Part shown: positions 49,929 through 62,446 of the stretch, in pieces
Layout: each line of letters opens with the position of its first letter
How positions within the stretch are numbered: position 1 is the first letter of the stretch
NCBI GenBank assembly: GCA_039028615.1
Contig: JBCCHT010000043.1
Location: 32,001-96,000 of the forward strand
Source of the DNA: Myxococcota bacterium
Lineage (GTDB): Bacteria > Myxococcota_A > Polyangia > Nannocystales > Nannocystaceae
Length of the DNA stretch: 64,000 nt
Direction of reading: 5' to 3'
Program-made: the position numbers and the translations under genes
Notes under the pieces: model-generated
Told to the model about the DNA's origin: nothing
Databases searched by the model: none
The model's input: the letters and a program-made list of their open reading frames with translations, nothing else

Positions 49929-51494
49929 TCAGAACGCAGCTTGGAGCTGAAGCCGAATGCGATCGGTGCCCTCGGAGATGTCCTCATCCCAGAGGCGGAA
50001 GTAGTCGAGCTGAAGCTTGAGCGGGTGCCGACCGAAGTACCAGCTCACGCCACCGCCGACCTCGTCGCGATCGGTCAGGCTGCTGGTCGCCTCGTCGGAG
50101 CGACGAATCTGGCTGTAGCGACCCGCGATCTGGAAGGGAATGCGCGGGATGAGGTAGCCGGCCTGCGCGTACCAGCCGAGACCGTTGCGCGGCAGCTCCT
50201 GCTCGGCCGCGACCTCGTTGCCCGCATCGTCGACCACGGTGAGATCGCCGAAGGTTCGTCGACCCTGTCGCCAGTACGCCTCACCCGACAGGGAGACGCC
50301 CGCGATCTTGAACATGAAGTCACCGGTCACGTTGTGGGTGTCGGTGGTGCCGCCATCGGTGGGCACGCTGCCGAGGATGCCCCGGTTGCGCTTGCCCGCA
50401 TCGACGAAGGCATAGGCCGCGCCCAAGCTCAGGCGAGGCTTGGTGGTGCGCTCGAAGTCCGCTTCCTTGTAGTCGGTGAACATGCCGAAGGGCAGCACCT
50501 CGACACGACCGATGTACATGAACTCGAAGGTGTCCATGTCCCGGTAGTCCCGGCCCTCGCCCATCCAGACACCGGCGTAGTAGCGGAGCTTGCCCCAGCC
50601 CAAGAAGTCCTTGGAGCGGATGTCGAAACCGATGTCACGGTCGACGTTGAACTCGCCCTGCGCGAGCGCCCGGTCGACCAGCTCGAGGTCGCCCGAGGAG
50701 ATCACACGCTGACGGCTGAAGGGGACCTTGTACTGACCGACGCGGAGCGTGAGGCTCTTGAGGTAGTCGAAGTCGAAGTACCAGTCGAGGATCGGCGTGC
50801 GGCGAGGCGTGCCGTTGAAGCTCTGGTCGCGCGGCGAGAACGCGAACTCGGTCTTGAACTTGTTGTGCTCGTTGAAGAAGTGGCCCTTGAACTGGAGACG
50901 AGCGCGGCGGAACTGCAGGCCCTGCGTCACCGGATCGGACTCGGCCGCGTTGTCGTTCTCCACCGTATAAAGGAGCTGCGCTCGCAGGCGCGGCGCCATG
51001 GAGAAGCGGCCGTCCTTGCTCTTGATGACCAGGCCGGTGCCCGGCTTGTAGGTCATGCGCTCATAGTCGACGGGGTGCTTGCACACCAGGTCGAGCTCGT
51101 TCTTCGGCAGCCACTTGGAGCCGCCCTCGCGGCAGTCCTTTTTCTTCTTCTCGGGCTCGGCGACGGGGGGCGCCTCGACGCCCACCTCAGCCTCCGCGCT
51201 CAGCTCGGCCGTCGCGGCGGCCTCGGTCGCGGGCTCCTCGGCAGCCTCGGTCGGCTCGGGCTCCGGCTCCGGCTCGGGAGCGGGCTCGGGGGCGGGCTCA
51301 GTCGTGCCGTCCACGGCACCTGCCTCGGGCGTCCCCTCACTGGGCTCGGACTGCGCACCATCCGCAGGGGCTGCAGGCTCGGCCGAGGCCTCCACGGCCG
51401 GCTGGTCTTCTGCGGCTTCCGGGGCTGCGTGGGCGACTGAAGACAGTCCCAGGCCGAGCAGCGAGGTCAGCACAAGAATCGTTTGCGAGGTCAT
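49929..51494 (-). CDS. phosphate-selective porin OprO/OprP family protein
   Basis: Signal peptide, Pro/Glu linker, FRRARL..KG, GQYKVPFS, RDIG, C-terminal F; divergent from pstS. Confidence 0.85.
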   Translation of the reverse strand: MTSQTILVLTSLLGLGLSSVAHAAPEAAEDQPAVEASAEPAAPADGAQSEPSEGTPEAGAVDGTTEPAPEPAPEPEPEPEPTEAAEEPATEAAATAELSAEAEVGVEAPPVAEPEKKKKDCREGGSKWLPKNELDLVCKHPVDYERMTYKPGTGLVIKSKDGRFSMAPRLRAQLLYTVENDNAAESDPVTQGLQFRRARLQFKGHFFNEHNKFKTEFAFSPRDQSFNGTPRRTPILDWYFDFDYLKSLTLRVGQYKVPFSRQRVISSGDLELVDRALAQGEFNVDRDIGFDIRSKDFLGWGKLRYYAGVWMGEGRDYRDMDTFEFMYIGRVEVLPFGMFTDYKEADFERTTKPRLSLGAAYAFVDAGKRNRGILGSVPTDGGTTDTHNVTGDFMFKIAGVSLSGEAYWRQGRRTFGDLTVVDDAGNEVAAEQELPRNGLGWYAQAGYLIPRIPFQIAGRYSQIRRSDEATSSLTDRDEVGGGVSWYFGRHPLKLQLDYFRLWDEDISEGTDRIRLQLQAAF

Positions 51495-51503
51495 GCTGCG
51501 CGG

Positions 51504-51579
51504 AACCTATCAGCGGGTCGTGACGCAGATGTGACATCCTGGGGCTCGCCGTGACGCCCAAGTGACGATGCTGTGACCG
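51504..51579 (-). promoter_or_regulatory. Pho-box array and -10 element for the porin gene
   Basis: GTCAC (plus-strand GTGAC) at 51520, 51531, 51551, 51562, 51573, in 11-bp steps; proximal box is 10 nt from -10 TAGGTT. Confidence 0.8.
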
Positions 51580-51706
51580 GTTGGTCTCCATCATGGAAAG
51601 CCTCAGAGATCGGCCTTTACAGAGAGTTGTGAGACACCCCGCGGATCCCTCCATTCGGGTTTTTCGCCCCGAATGAGGCGCGGGGAGTCTTCATAAGCTT
51701 TCGTCG

Positions 51707-51724
51707 TTGTCACACGGCTGTCAC
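51707..51724 (+). promoter_or_regulatory. Pho box upstream of pstS
   Basis: TTGTCAC-acgg-CTGTCAC, an 11-bp direct repeat matching the PhoB consensus CTGTCAT-N4-CTGTCAY. Confidence 0.85.
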
Positions 51725-51753
51725 GAAGCAATGCCAGAACCGGGGCCGACATC

Positions 51754-52764
51754 ATGCGTCGTGTTTCCTCGACTACGTTCTCGCTCGGCCTCGTGCTCGG
51801 GCTCCTGGTCACGGGCTGCGGTTCTGGTGGAAAGGCCTCTGGTGATGCCGTCGCCGTCGACGGATCCAGCACGGTCTTCCCCATCACCGAGGCGGTGGCT
51901 GAAGAGTTTCAGAAGACCGGCAAGGGCCGCGTCACGATCGGTGTCTCGGGCACCGGCGGCGGCTTCAAGAAGCTGTGTAAAGGAGAGATCGCGGTGAGCG
52001 GCGCCTCGCGTCCCATCAAGCCCTCCGAGGTCGAGCTGTGTGGCAAGGGCAACATCGAGTACATCGAGCTGCCCGTGGCCTACGACGGCATCGCCGTCAC
52101 CGTGCACCCGGACAACGACTGGGCCGCCAGCATGACGGTGGAGGAGCTCAAGAAGCTCTGGGAGCCGGAGGCGCAGGACAAGGTCATGAAGTGGAGCGAC
52201 GTCCGAGAGGGCTGGCCCGACGACGAGATCCACCTCTTTGGCCCCGGCGTGGACTCGGGCACCTACGACTACTTCACCAAGGCCATCGTCGGCAAAGAGC
52301 ACTCCAGCCGCGGTGACTTCACCTCCAGCGAAGACGACAACGTCCTCGTGCAGGGTGTCTCCACCGACAAGGGCGCGCTCGGGTTCTTCGGCTTCGCCTA
52401 CTACAAAGAGAACTCCTCCAAGCTCAAGCTCGTCCCCATCGACGACGGCAAGGCGGACAACGGCGACGGACCGATCGCTCCCTCGCTGGAGACGGTCGCC
52501 AACAGCACCTACCAGCCGCTGTCGCGCCCCATCTTCGTCTACGTGTCCCGCAAGGATGCCGACCGCGCCCCCGTGGCCGCGTTCATCGACTTCTACCTCA
52601 AGGACGGCACCAAGCTCGTCGAAGAGGTCGGCTACATCACCCTCCCCGACAGCGCCTACGCCCTGGTTCGCGAGCGCTTCTCCTCGAAAACGACCGGCTC
52701 GCTCTTCGGCGGCGAAGGATCTCGCGTGGGCGCCTCGGTCGAGCAAGTCCTCGCCAAAGGCTAG
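51754..52764 (+). CDS. pstS: phosphate ABC transporter substrate-binding protein
   Basis: Lipobox [39 protein letters not shown]. Confidence 0.95.
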   Translation: MRRVSSTTFSLGLVLGLLVTGCGSGGKASGDAVAVDGSSTVFPITEAVAEEFQKTGKGRVTIGVSGTGGGFKKLCKGEIAVSGASRPIKPSEVELCGKGNIEYIELPVAYDGIAVTVHPDNDWAASMTVEELKKLWEPEAQDKVMKWSDVREGWPDDEIHLFGPGVDSGTYDYFTKAIVGKEHSSRGDFTSSEDDNVLVQGVSTDKGALGFFGFAYYKENSSKLKLVPIDDGKADNGDGPIAPSLETVANSTYQPLSRPIFVYVSRKDADRAPVAAFIDFYLKDGTKLVEEVGYITLPDSAYALVRERFSSKTTGSLFGGEGSRVGASVEQVLAKG

Positions 52765-52773
52765 CGACTCACC

Positions 52774-53688
52774 ATGGCCACGGACCCTCCCTCCATTCTC
52801 CGGACCCGGTCCGCGGTCTCCGGCGAGCGAATCGTAGAGCGAGTCCTGCTCGCCTGCGGTCTGCTGTCGATCCTGACCACGGCCGCCATCGTGGCCGTGC
52901 TCTTCTTCGAGACCTTCGAATTCTTCTCGGAGGTCTCGATCTTCGAATTCTTCGGCGACACCCAGTGGACGCCGCTGTTCGTAGACAAGCACTTCGGCAT
53001 CTGGCCTCTCGTCTCCGGCACCCTGCTGACGTCGGCCATCGCGATCGGGGTCGCGCTTCCCTTCGGGCTGCTCGCGGCCGTCTACCTCGCCGAGTTCGCC
53101 CGCCCCAACGTGCGGCGGGTGCTCAAGCCGACGCTCGAGCTGCTGGCGGGCGTGCCGACCATCGTCTACGGCTACTTCGCCCTGGTCGCCCTGACCCCCG
53201 TGCTCCAGAAGCTCGTCCCCGACCTCGCGGGCTTCAACGCCCTGAGCCCGGGCATCGCGATGGGCATCATGATCATCCCGATGATCTCCTCGCTGAGCGA
53301 GGATGCCATTCACGCGGTGCCCCAGAGCATGCGCGAGGGCGCCTATGCCCTCGGGGCGGGACGCATCCAGACCATCTTCCGGGTCGTGCTCCCCACCGCC
53401 ATGTCGGGCATCGCCGCCTCGGTGGTGCTGGCCATCTCTCGCGCGGTGGGCGAGACGATGATCGTGGCCATCGCGGCGGGTCAGCAGCCTCGCCTCACCG
53501 CCGACCCGCGGGTCCCGGTGGAGACGATGACCGCCTACATCGTGCAGGTCGGCCTGGGTGACACCCCGACCGGAACAATCGAGTACCGCACCATCTTTGC
53601 CGTCGGCGCGACCTTGTTCCTCATGACCTTCGTCATCAACATCGCCAGCCAGCGACTGTCGCGTCGCTACCGGGAGAGCTACGGATGA
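52774..53688 (+). CDS. pstC: phosphate ABC transporter permease
   Basis: [29 protein letters not shown]. Confidence 0.95.
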   Translation: MATDPPSILRTRSAVSGERIVERVLLACGLLSILTTAAIVAVLFFETFEFFSEVSIFEFFGDTQWTPLFVDKHFGIWPLVSGTLLTSAIAIGVALPFGLLAAVYLAEFARPNVRRVLKPTLELLAGVPTIVYGYFALVALTPVLQKLVPDLAGFNALSPGIAMGIMIIPMISSLSEDAIHAVPQSMREGAYALGAGRIQTIFRVVLPTAMSGIAASVVLAISRAVGETMIVAIAAGQQPRLTADPRVPVETMTAYIVQVGLGDTPTGTIEYRTIFAVGATLFLMTFVINIASQRLSRRYRESYG

Positions 53689-54545
53689 GCAACGACTCCC
53701 GCCCCCCCAGCCGCTTCGCCGAGGTGCTGCTGCGCGTCCTGTGCCTGGGCGCCGCGGTGCTGCCGGTCCTGCTCCTGCTCGCCCTCATCGTCGACGTGGC
53801 CCAGCAGGCCAGCGGACGCTTGAGCTGGGAGTTCGTCACCAGCTACCCGTCGCGACACGCCGAGAAGGCCGGCATCCTCCCCGGTATCGCGGGGAGCCTG
53901 TGGCTCATCACCATCACCGCCGGGGCCGCGTTGCCCCTCGGGGTCGGTGCGGCGCTCTACCTCGAGGAGTACGCCAAGCGCGGTCGCCTGGCGAACCTGA
54001 TCGAGGTCAACCTGGCCAACCTGGCCGGCGTGCCCTCCATCATCTACGGCCTGCTCGGCCTCGAGCTGTTCGTGCGCTTCATGGGCATGGGCCGCAGCCT
54101 GCTCGCGGGCGGCCTCGCCATGGCGCTGCTCGTGCTGCCCGTGGTGATCATGTCCTCGCGCGAGGCGCTGCGCACCGTCCCCACGCAACTTCGTGAGGCC
54201 GGCATGGCGCTGGGCTCCACCCGCTGGCAAGTGACGCGGCAGATCGTCCTGCCCATGGCGATGCCCGGCATCCTGACCGGTGCCATCCTCGCCATCGCCC
54301 GCGCCATCGGCGAGGCGGCGCCGCTCATCCTGCTCGGTGCCCTCACCTACGTCGATTTCCTGCCCGACGGCGTCAACTCGCCGTTCACCGTGCTGCCGAT
54401 CCAGATCTTCAACTGGGTTTCTCGTCCCCAGCCCGGCTTCGTCATCGCTGCGGCCGCCGGCATCATCGTTCTCCTCGTCACCCTGCTCTTCCTGAGCGGA
54501 ATCGCGATCTACCTGCGAAATCGCTTCGAGCAGCAGCGGGGTTAG
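53685..54545 (+). CDS. pstA: phosphate ABC transporter permease
   Basis: [27 protein letters not shown]. Confidence 0.95.
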   Translation: MSNDSRPPSRFAEVLLRVLCLGAAVLPVLLLLALIVDVAQQASGRLSWEFVTSYPSRHAEKAGILPGIAGSLWLITITAGAALPLGVGAALYLEEYAKRGRLANLIEVNLANLAGVPSIIYGLLGLELFVRFMGMGRSLLAGGLAMALLVLPVVIMSSREALRTVPTQLREAGMALGSTRWQVTRQIVLPMAMPGILTGAILAIARAIGEAAPLILLGALTYVDFLPDGVNSPFTVLPIQIFNWVSRPQPGFVIAAAAGIIVLLVTLLFLSGIAIYLRNRFEQQRG

Positions 54546-54548
54546 ACG

Positions 54549-55382
54549 ATGATGCAGCAGCCGACCACGCACGCCCGGCCCTACCGAACGGCGGAACCAG
54601 ACCGAGACATGGCGACCGAAACGAACGGAATCAAGTTCCGCACCAAGGATGTCAAAGCCTGGTACGGCGACAACCAAGTCCTCCACGACGTCTGCATGGG
54701 CATCGAGGAGAAGGAAGTCACCGCGATCATCGGTCCCTCGGGCTGCGGCAAGTCCACCTTCATTCGGTGCCTCAACCGCATGCACGAGATGATCACGAAC
54801 GCGCGCGTGACGGGTGCAATCGAGCTCGAGGGCCAGGACATCTACGATCCCGCGATCGATCCCGTGCTCCTTCGGCGCCGCGTGGGGATGGTCTTTCAAA
54901 AGCCCAACCCCTTTCCCACCATGTCGATCCGCGACAACGTGCTCGCGGGTTTGACCTTGACCCGTAGCAAAAAGCGCGACCAAGGGGACGCAATCGTTGA
55001 AAAGGCCCTCAAACAGGCCGCTCTTTGGGACGAAGTCCGCGACAAACTGGATGCGCGGGGTCTGAGCCTATCCGGCGGTCAACAACAGCGTTTGTGCATC
55101 GCGAGAGCGCTCGCCGTCGAGCCCGAGGTGTTGCTGATGGACGAGCCGTGCTCGGCGCTCGACCCGATCGCAACCGCGCGGATCGAAGACCTGCTCCACG
55201 ATCTCCGCGATCGGTATACGATCGTCATTGTCACGCACAACATGCAGCAGGCCGCCCGCGTCTCTCAGAAGACGGCCTTCTTCCTGCAGGGCGAGCTGGT
55301 CGAGGTGGATGAAACGAACACTCTGTTCACTTCACCCCAAGACAAGCGCACGGAAGACTACATCACCGGAAAGTTTGGCTGA
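54549..55382 (+). CDS. pstB: phosphate ABC transporter ATP-binding protein
   Basis: [49 protein letters not shown]. Confidence 0.97.
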   Translation: MMQQPTTHARPYRTAEPDRDMATETNGIKFRTKDVKAWYGDNQVLHDVCMGIEEKEVTAIIGPSGCGKSTFIRCLNRMHEMITNARVTGAIELEGQDIYDPAIDPVLLRRRVGMVFQKPNPFPTMSIRDNVLAGLTLTRSKKRDQGDAIVEKALKQAALWDEVRDKLDARGLSLSGGQQQRLCIARALAVEPEVLLMDEPCSALDPIATARIEDLLHDLRDRYTIVIVTHNMQQAARVSQKTAFFLQGELVEVDETNTLFTSPQDKRTEDYITGKFG

Positions 55383-55389
55383 GGCCGAT

Positions 55390-56082
55390 ATGAACCAACA
55401 CACCGCACGAGACTACGAGCAAGAGCTCCAGAATATCCGGGGCGCGTTGCTCGAGATGGCGGGGCGGGTGGAGGAGATGATCGCCGATTCCGGTCGCGCC
55501 CTCCTGGAGCGAGACGTCAACCTCGCCAAGCAGACCATCGCGACCGATCAGCAGGTCAACCGAGCCGAAGTCGAGATCGACGAGGCCTGCCTGCTGATCC
55601 TGGCCAAGCGCCAGCCCATGGCCTCCGACCTCCGCTTCGTCACCCTGGTGATGAAGATGGTCACCGACCTCGAGCGAATTGCCGACCTCGCCGTCAACAT
55701 CTGCGAGCGCACGCTCGATCTGGCCAACGCCAAGGTCATCGTCCACGCCAGCATTCCCACCATGAGCGACCGGACCCAGAACATGGTCCACCTCGCCATC
55801 GAGGCCTTCGTCGAGCAAGACGAGGCCAAGGCCAAGGAGGTCATCGCCCTCGACGACAAGGTCGACGAACTCTACCACCAGGTCTTCGAGGATCTGCTGG
55901 TGCAGATGCACAAGGAGCCCGAGCTGCTGCACGACTGGATTCACGTGCAGTCGGTGGCCAAGTGGCTCGAGCGCATGGCCGACCACACGACCAACCTCGC
56001 CGAGATGGTCATCTTCATGGTTGCCGGTCACGACATCCGGCACCCGCACGTGCAAAAGGCCCGAGCTGCAGAAAGCGGCTGA
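55390..56082 (+). CDS. phoU: phosphate signalling regulator PhoU
   Basis: QPMASDLR, TDLERIAD..VNI, LERMADH.TN.AE; start moved to ATG 55390. Confidence 0.95.
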   Translation: MNQHTARDYEQELQNIRGALLEMAGRVEEMIADSGRALLERDVNLAKQTIATDQQVNRAEVEIDEACLLILAKRQPMASDLRFVTLVMKMVTDLERIADLAVNICERTLDLANAKVIVHASIPTMSDRTQNMVHLAIEAFVEQDEAKAKEVIALDDKVDELYHQVFEDLLVQMHKEPELLHDWIHVQSVAKWLERMADHTTNLAEMVIFMVAGHDIRHPHVQKARAAESG

Positions 56083-56100
56083 GCCCCCGACCCGCGCGGG

Positions 56101-57642
<1,542 letters not shown>

Positions 57643-57706
57643 CGTCGTCCCGCGATCCTATCACGGGGCCCCAGTCCTCCTCTGATACCCTCGCCCGTCC
57701 CCGCCG

Positions 57707-58588
57707 ATGACGCGCCCCTTCAAGATTCTCTCCGATTTCGATGGCGTCTGGACCCACGTGGGACTCGAAGCGCAGGTGCTCTACGAGCAGCTCGCCGACG
57801 ACCTCACCGCGCTGACCGGTCGCTCGCGAAGCGTGGTCCAGGCGGACGTCACCGCGCTGCGCCAGCGCGTGCTCGACGAGCCGCATCGCTACGGCTGGGC
57901 ACCCGATGGGCGGATCTCCGCCTACGCCGACGAAGATCCGCTGTGCGAGACCGGAGGCCTGAGCGCGCTGATCTCCACCGCCGACGACGACCTCGCCACG
58001 CTCTACCGCGACAGCATCCTGAAGCGCTGGCCTTCCCTCCCCGCCTTCGCCGAGAACGGCTTCGTCACCGCGATGGGTCGGTTTCGGGCCACCCACCCGC
58101 CCTCGATCGCCGAGGATGCCAAGCAGCAGCTCGAGGCGGTCAAGCAGCGGGGGGCCGAGGTCGTGGTCGTGTCCAACTCCGAGCCGGGCAAGCTCATCGC
58201 GTGGTTCCAGGCCGCGGGCATCGACGCGAGCGAGTCTCCGGGGCACGAGCTGCGGATCCGCGGCTCGGCCGGCAAGCAGGTCTTGGGCGGCGAGCGCTCG
58301 ATCGAGGTCCACGGCCGTCGCATCTACGTCGACCGCCCGCGCTATCACGAGGCGATCGAGCAGGAGCGGCCTCACCTCGTCATCGGCGACATCTTCTCAC
58401 TCGACCTCGCGCTCCCCCATGTCATGCGCGAGGATGGGCACCCCGCCGCTCCCCGCATGCTCGCCCTGCGCCGTCACTCGCACACGCCCGCGTGGATCCT
58501 CGACGACCGGGCGGCGGGAGCCATCGACCACGTCGTCGACCACTTCGGCGACCTGGCCCCCTTGATCGACTCGACCCCGGAGACCTGA
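57707..58588 (+). CDS. HAD-superfamily hydrolase
   Basis: Motif I DFDGV, motif II VVSNS, motif IV IGD...D. Confidence 0.8.
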   Translation: MTRPFKILSDFDGVWTHVGLEAQVLYEQLADDLTALTGRSRSVVQADVTALRQRVLDEPHRYGWAPDGRISAYADEDPLCETGGLSALISTADDDLATLYRDSILKRWPSLPAFAENGFVTAMGRFRATHPPSIAEDAKQQLEAVKQRGAEVVVVSNSEPGKLIAWFQAAGIDASESPGHELRIRGSAGKQVLGGERSIEVHGRRIYVDRPRYHEAIEQERPHLVIGDIFSLDLALPHVMREDGHPAAPRMLALRRHSHTPAWILDDRAAGAIDHVVDHFGDLAPLIDSTPET

Positions 58589-58592
58589 TCCC

Positions 58593-60005
58593 GTGCCGCA
58601 GTGGCTCGAAGACTTCGCCCCGATCTTGCTGCTCCTGGTGGTGATCGCGATCGTGATCAGTCGCCTGCCCCGCGTGGAGCTGGGCCACAGCGCGCAGTAC
58701 CGCCGCCGTCGCGTCCGCAACTGGCTGCCGGTCGGGCTGCTCTACTCGTTCCTCTACATGGGGCGCTACAACCTCACCGTGGCCAAGGGCGTGTTCGGGG
58801 ACATGCTCGACGCCTCGGGCACGCCGCTGATGACCAATGCCGACTTCGGCATGATCTTCGGCATCGGCACCGCGGTGTACGGGTTCGCGTTCCTCATCAA
58901 CGGGCCCATCACCGATCGCATCGGCGGCAAGAAGGCCCTGCTCATCGGCGGCTTCGGAGCGGCGGCGGCCAACCTGGCCATGGGCTGGGTCACCGTCAAC
59001 GAGTACACGGGCAACCTCCCGGTCGTGTTCTCGGTGCTCTACGGCGTCAACATGTACTTCCAGAGCTACGGCGCGGTGGCGATCGTCAAGATCAACGCCC
59101 CGTGGTTCGACGTCCGCGAGCGCGGGGTGTTCGGGGCGATCTTCGGCATCCTGATCTCGCTGGGCGTGTACTTCGCCTTCGACGTCGGCAAGATGATCGT
59201 CGACAACTTCCCGCTCGAGTGGGTGTTCTTCGTGCCCACCATCGTGCTGACCATCGCCTGGCTCGCGGTGATGTTCCTGGCCGTGAACACCCCCGGGCAG
59301 GCCGGCTTCGACGACTTCGACACGGGCGACGCGTCCTCGGGCGAGGAGCACCTGCCGCCCGACCCCGCTCGCGTGGTCTTCGGCCGGATGTTCCGCAGCC
59401 CGATCGTCATGACCATCGCGATGATCGAGTTCTGCAGCGGCTTCCTCCGCCAGGCGATCATGCAGTGGTACCGCACCTACGCCAAAGCGGTGGGTGAGAC
59501 GGGGGCCTTCGTCTACGAGAACTGGGGCATGCTGCTGTGCTGCGCGGGCATCATGGGCGGCGTGTTCGCGGGCGTCATCTCCGACCGCGTGTTCCAGTCT
59601 CGCCGCGGCCCGGTCGCCGCGGTCCTGTACGCGGTGCTGCTCGTCGGCGCCATCGTGCTGTCCGTGCTGCTGGGCTCTCCCTTGCTCGGCCCGCTCATCA
59701 TCTTCATGTCCATGGCCGTCATCGGCGTGCACGGCATGCTGTCCGGCACCGCCAGCATGGACTTCGGCGGCCGCCGCAACGCGGGCGTCGCGGTGGGCAT
59801 CATCGACGGCTTCGTCTACATGGGCACCGCGGTCATGTCCTTCACCTACGGCGCCATCCTGCCGGATGCCGAGGCCGGCGCCTCCCAGCCCGACGAGTGG
59901 CTGTGGTGGCCGATCGCGATGATCCCCATCGCCGCCCTCGGCCTCGTGCTCGCCCGGCGAGTCTGGAACGCCAAGCCCGAGCGCAAGACGCCGGCCAAGG
60001 CCTAG
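58593..60005 (+). CDS. MFS transporter, organophosphate:Pi antiporter (GlpT/UhpC-like) family
   Basis: Y...Y.GR.N, GP.TDR.G, W.D..ERG.F, G.ISDR.F.SRRGP, G.IDG..Y.G. Confidence 0.85.
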   Translation: MPQWLEDFAPILLLLVVIAIVISRLPRVELGHSAQYRRRRVRNWLPVGLLYSFLYMGRYNLTVAKGVFGDMLDASGTPLMTNADFGMIFGIGTAVYGFAFLINGPITDRIGGKKALLIGGFGAAAANLAMGWVTVNEYTGNLPVVFSVLYGVNMYFQSYGAVAIVKINAPWFDVRERGVFGAIFGILISLGVYFAFDVGKMIVDNFPLEWVFFVPTIVLTIAWLAVMFLAVNTPGQAGFDDFDTGDASSGEEHLPPDPARVVFGRMFRSPIVMTIAMIEFCSGFLRQAIMQWYRTYAKAVGETGAFVYENWGMLLCCAGIMGGVFAGVISDRVFQSRRGPVAAVLYAVLLVGAIVLSVLLGSPLLGPLIIFMSMAVIGVHGMLSGTASMDFGGRRNAGVAVGIIDGFVYMGTAVMSFTYGAILPDAEAGASQPDEWLWWPIAMIPIAALGLVLARRVWNAKPERKTPAKA

Positions 60006-60009
60006 GCAG

Positions 60010-61602
60010 GTGGCCGAGCAACGAGACCGCGTCGTCGTCTTGGTGCTCGTGCTCGGCGTCATCGCCATGCTCGGCATCCGCCTGCATGTGCTCGACGACG
60101 AGTTTCCCAACCCCGACATCGCGGGCATCGCCTACAACGCCGAGCTCATCCTCGACGGCGGTCGCCCCTACCTCGAGACGGTGGAGATCAAGCCGCCGGG
60201 GGCGTTCCTACTGACGGCGGCTTCGTTTTCGGTCCTCGGCCGTACGCTCGAAGCACTCCAGCTGTTTCACTTCCTGTGGCTCTGTGTGGGTGCGGTGGGG
60301 GTCTGGTGGGCCGCGATGGCCATTCACCACGACGACGAGCAGCCGCAGCTCGGGCCTCGGTGTGCGGCCATCGGGGTCGCCGTGTACCTCGTGGGCGCGG
60401 CGATGTTCTCCTACAACTACTCGTCGTGGATGACCCCGGCCTATGCCCTGGCGGTGGGGGCCACACTGCGGGGGATGAAGCGCGACAGTCGCTGGCACCA
60501 CGTGCTGGCGGGGGCGGCCGCTCTGGCCGCGGTGCTCATCATCCAGCGGGCGGCCGTGCTCGCGCTGGTCATGCCCGGGCTGTGGCTGTGGGCGCGCCGC
60601 CAACAGTGGCCGGGCGTGCACCCCAAGCTCTGGGCGCAGTGGCTCGGCGGCGCGTTGCTGGTCGGGGTGCCGCTGGTGCTCTGGTTCGGCGTGGGCGAGG
60701 CGAGGGTCTTGTTCGACGCAGTGGTCCCGATCGGGGTCGGGGCCGACTACGCCGCGTCCGCAGACGGCAGCGCGCTCGGCTCCTTGGCGGCCGCGATCCC
60801 GCAGCTCGGCCGAGAGTTCTGGTGGCCCGCCGCCCTCGTGGGTGTCGCGGCCGTCGCCACGTTCATGGAGCGCGAGCGCGATCTCGGGGCGTGGTTCCCC
60901 GGGCTGTTATGGCTCGCCGCATCGATCGTGGGCGCCGGGCTCGGCGGGGGGCGCTACTACCTGCACTACCTCGTGCAGTACGCCCCCGCGCTGGCCTTGC
61001 TGGCGGCCTCGCCCGCGCTGGTGCGCGCTGGTCAGGCCGCAGCGCGCGACTCCGACGAACCCGGCCGCGTACGCGCCCGCATCCTGGTCGCCGTGGCCGC
61101 GCTGCTGTCTGTCGCCCAGCTCGGTGAGATCGGCCTCGGCCAGGGCCATCGCTACGAATCCATGGCCCGACGCCTGAAGGACGGCAAGACGGCGGCCCAG
61201 GCCGCGGGCGCCCACATTCGAGCGCAAACCACCGAAGACGACACCATCCTCGCGTGGGGATGGACCGCCTGGCGGGTCTACTACTGGGCCCAGCGCCGCA
61301 GCGCCACCCGGGTCTATAAGCCGCTCGGGAGTCTCACCACCTTCAACACGAACACCGCGTTCGACCCGGGGGAAGGGATCGTGTTTCGTGACGGCCCCCT
61401 GGCGGCGCAGGTGCTCGCCGAGTTCGATCGCCATCCGCCCGCGTACATCGTGTACAGCCCGTCGATGGTCCAGGCCTTCGGGGCCAAGCGCGAGCCGCTC
61501 GAAGACTTCGCCGGGCTGCGCGATCGCATCGCGCTCGGCTACGTGCCCGAGGCCCAATTCGGCGACTTGAGGCTGCTTCGGCGCCGCCCCGTGCCGCGCT
61601 GA
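60010..61602 (+). CDS. GT-C fold (ArnT/PMT-like) membrane glycosyltransferase-like protein
   Basis: Periplasmic loop PD...Y.A..IL.G..PY....E.KPPG, many TM helices, YYLHY, C-terminal domain AWG...VYY. Confidence 0.65.
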   Translation: MAEQRDRVVVLVLVLGVIAMLGIRLHVLDDEFPNPDIAGIAYNAELILDGGRPYLETVEIKPPGAFLLTAASFSVLGRTLEALQLFHFLWLCVGAVGVWWAAMAIHHDDEQPQLGPRCAAIGVAVYLVGAAMFSYNYSSWMTPAYALAVGATLRGMKRDSRWHHVLAGAAALAAVLIIQRAAVLALVMPGLWLWARRQQWPGVHPKLWAQWLGGALLVGVPLVLWFGVGEARVLFDAVVPIGVGADYAASADGSALGSLAAAIPQLGREFWWPAALVGVAAVATFMERERDLGAWFPGLLWLAASIVGAGLGGGRYYLHYLVQYAPALALLAASPALVRAGQAAARDSDEPGRVRARILVAVAALLSVAQLGEIGLGQGHRYESMARRLKDGKTAAQAAGAHIRAQTTEDDTILAWGWTAWRVYYWAQRRSATRVYKPLGSLTTFNTNTAFDPGEGIVFRDGPLAAQVLAEFDRHPPAYIVYSPSMVQAFGAKREPLEDFAGLRDRIALGYVPEAQFGDLRLLRRRPVPR

Positions 61603-61618
61603 ACTACGCCCCGAGGGC

Positions 61619-62092
61619 TCACTCCTTGTTCTTATCCTCGCGCCCGCGGTTGCGCGCCCCGAGATAGCCCGCCGCCGCCCCGAAGCTGGTGGTGAACACC
61701 ATCTGAGCCGCATCGGCCCCCGGCATGACGATCCACGCCAGGCCCGAGGTCACCACCAACAGCAGCACCGACCCGATGATGCGCGCCTCTTGTCGGCGAC
61801 GCTGCAGCCGCTGCTCGTGGCGGTGTCGCTGATCGGCGCGCTCGATGTTGTGACGATGTCGCTGCTCGCGGCGAGCGATGGACATGCGTCGCGACGCGAG
61901 CTCCCGCTCGAGCTGGCGGTCGTGCTCGACATTGGCCGAGCTACGCTCCTCGAGCGGAGGCGGCAGCGAGATCGTCTGCGTCCGCGGGGGCCGAGGCACG
62001 GGCTCCGAGCCCGTGCTCTGCAGCGGCGCCAGGTCGTCCAGCGGCTCCGGCGGCAGCTCCTGGGTCCGTTCTGGATCGAAGGGCTTGGTCAT
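61619..62092 (-). CDS. small membrane protein (Arg/His-rich coiled segment plus two C-terminal TM helices)
   Basis: IIGSVLLLVVTSGLAWIVM and MVFTTSFGAAAGYLG helices; start uncertain (62092 or 62101). Confidence 0.55.
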   Translation of the reverse strand: MTKPFDPERTQELPPEPLDDLAPLQSTGSEPVPRPPRTQTISLPPPLEERSSANVEHDRQLERELASRRMSIARREQRHRHNIERADQRHRHEQRLQRRRQEARIIGSVLLLVVTSGLAWIVMPGADAAQMVFTTSFGAAAGYLGARNRGREDKNKE

Positions 62093-62170
62093 CGGCGCCA
62101 CCGGGAGCGGCGGCCGAACCTAGGCAACGAGGGCCCAGCGTCCGCGCGTTTTTGCCGACGACGACCCCAT

Positions 62171-62446
62171 TCACCATAAAAGTTCGACTGCTCGTTCCTC
62201 GTCTCCTTTCACCAATCGTACTTCGTAACCCTCTTCGCGCTGACGCAGGAACCAGTCGTAGAGGCGCAAGGCATTGCGTACCGCCTCGGCGTTGGACTGG
62301 GCTTCGCTTCGCTCGCGGATGCCCTCGAGCCGGGCGAACGCCGTGGAAGAGAAATCGATCTGGACCCTACGCCGTGCACGTTCGGAGCCCGTCGTCTCGC
62401 TACCCGACTCCACTTTCAACGTTGCCGCCTTCGACCTGGTTCCCAT
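62171..62446 (-). CDS. ribbon-helix-helix (CopG-like) DNA-binding protein
   Basis: RVQIDF (beta ribbon), AFARLEGIRE (helix A), SNAEAVRNALRLY (helix B); start moved to ATG 62446. Confidence 0.7.
   Translation of the reverse strand: MGTRSKAATLKVESGSETTGSERARRRVQIDFSSTAFARLEGIRERSEAQSNAEAVRNALRLYDWFLRQREEGYEVRLVKGDEERAVELLW

Noticed and set aside
51240..51300. Short tandem repeats (GGCTCC/GGCTCG)
   Set aside because: They encode the PEPEPE low-complexity linker of the porin; not a CRISPR or independent repeat
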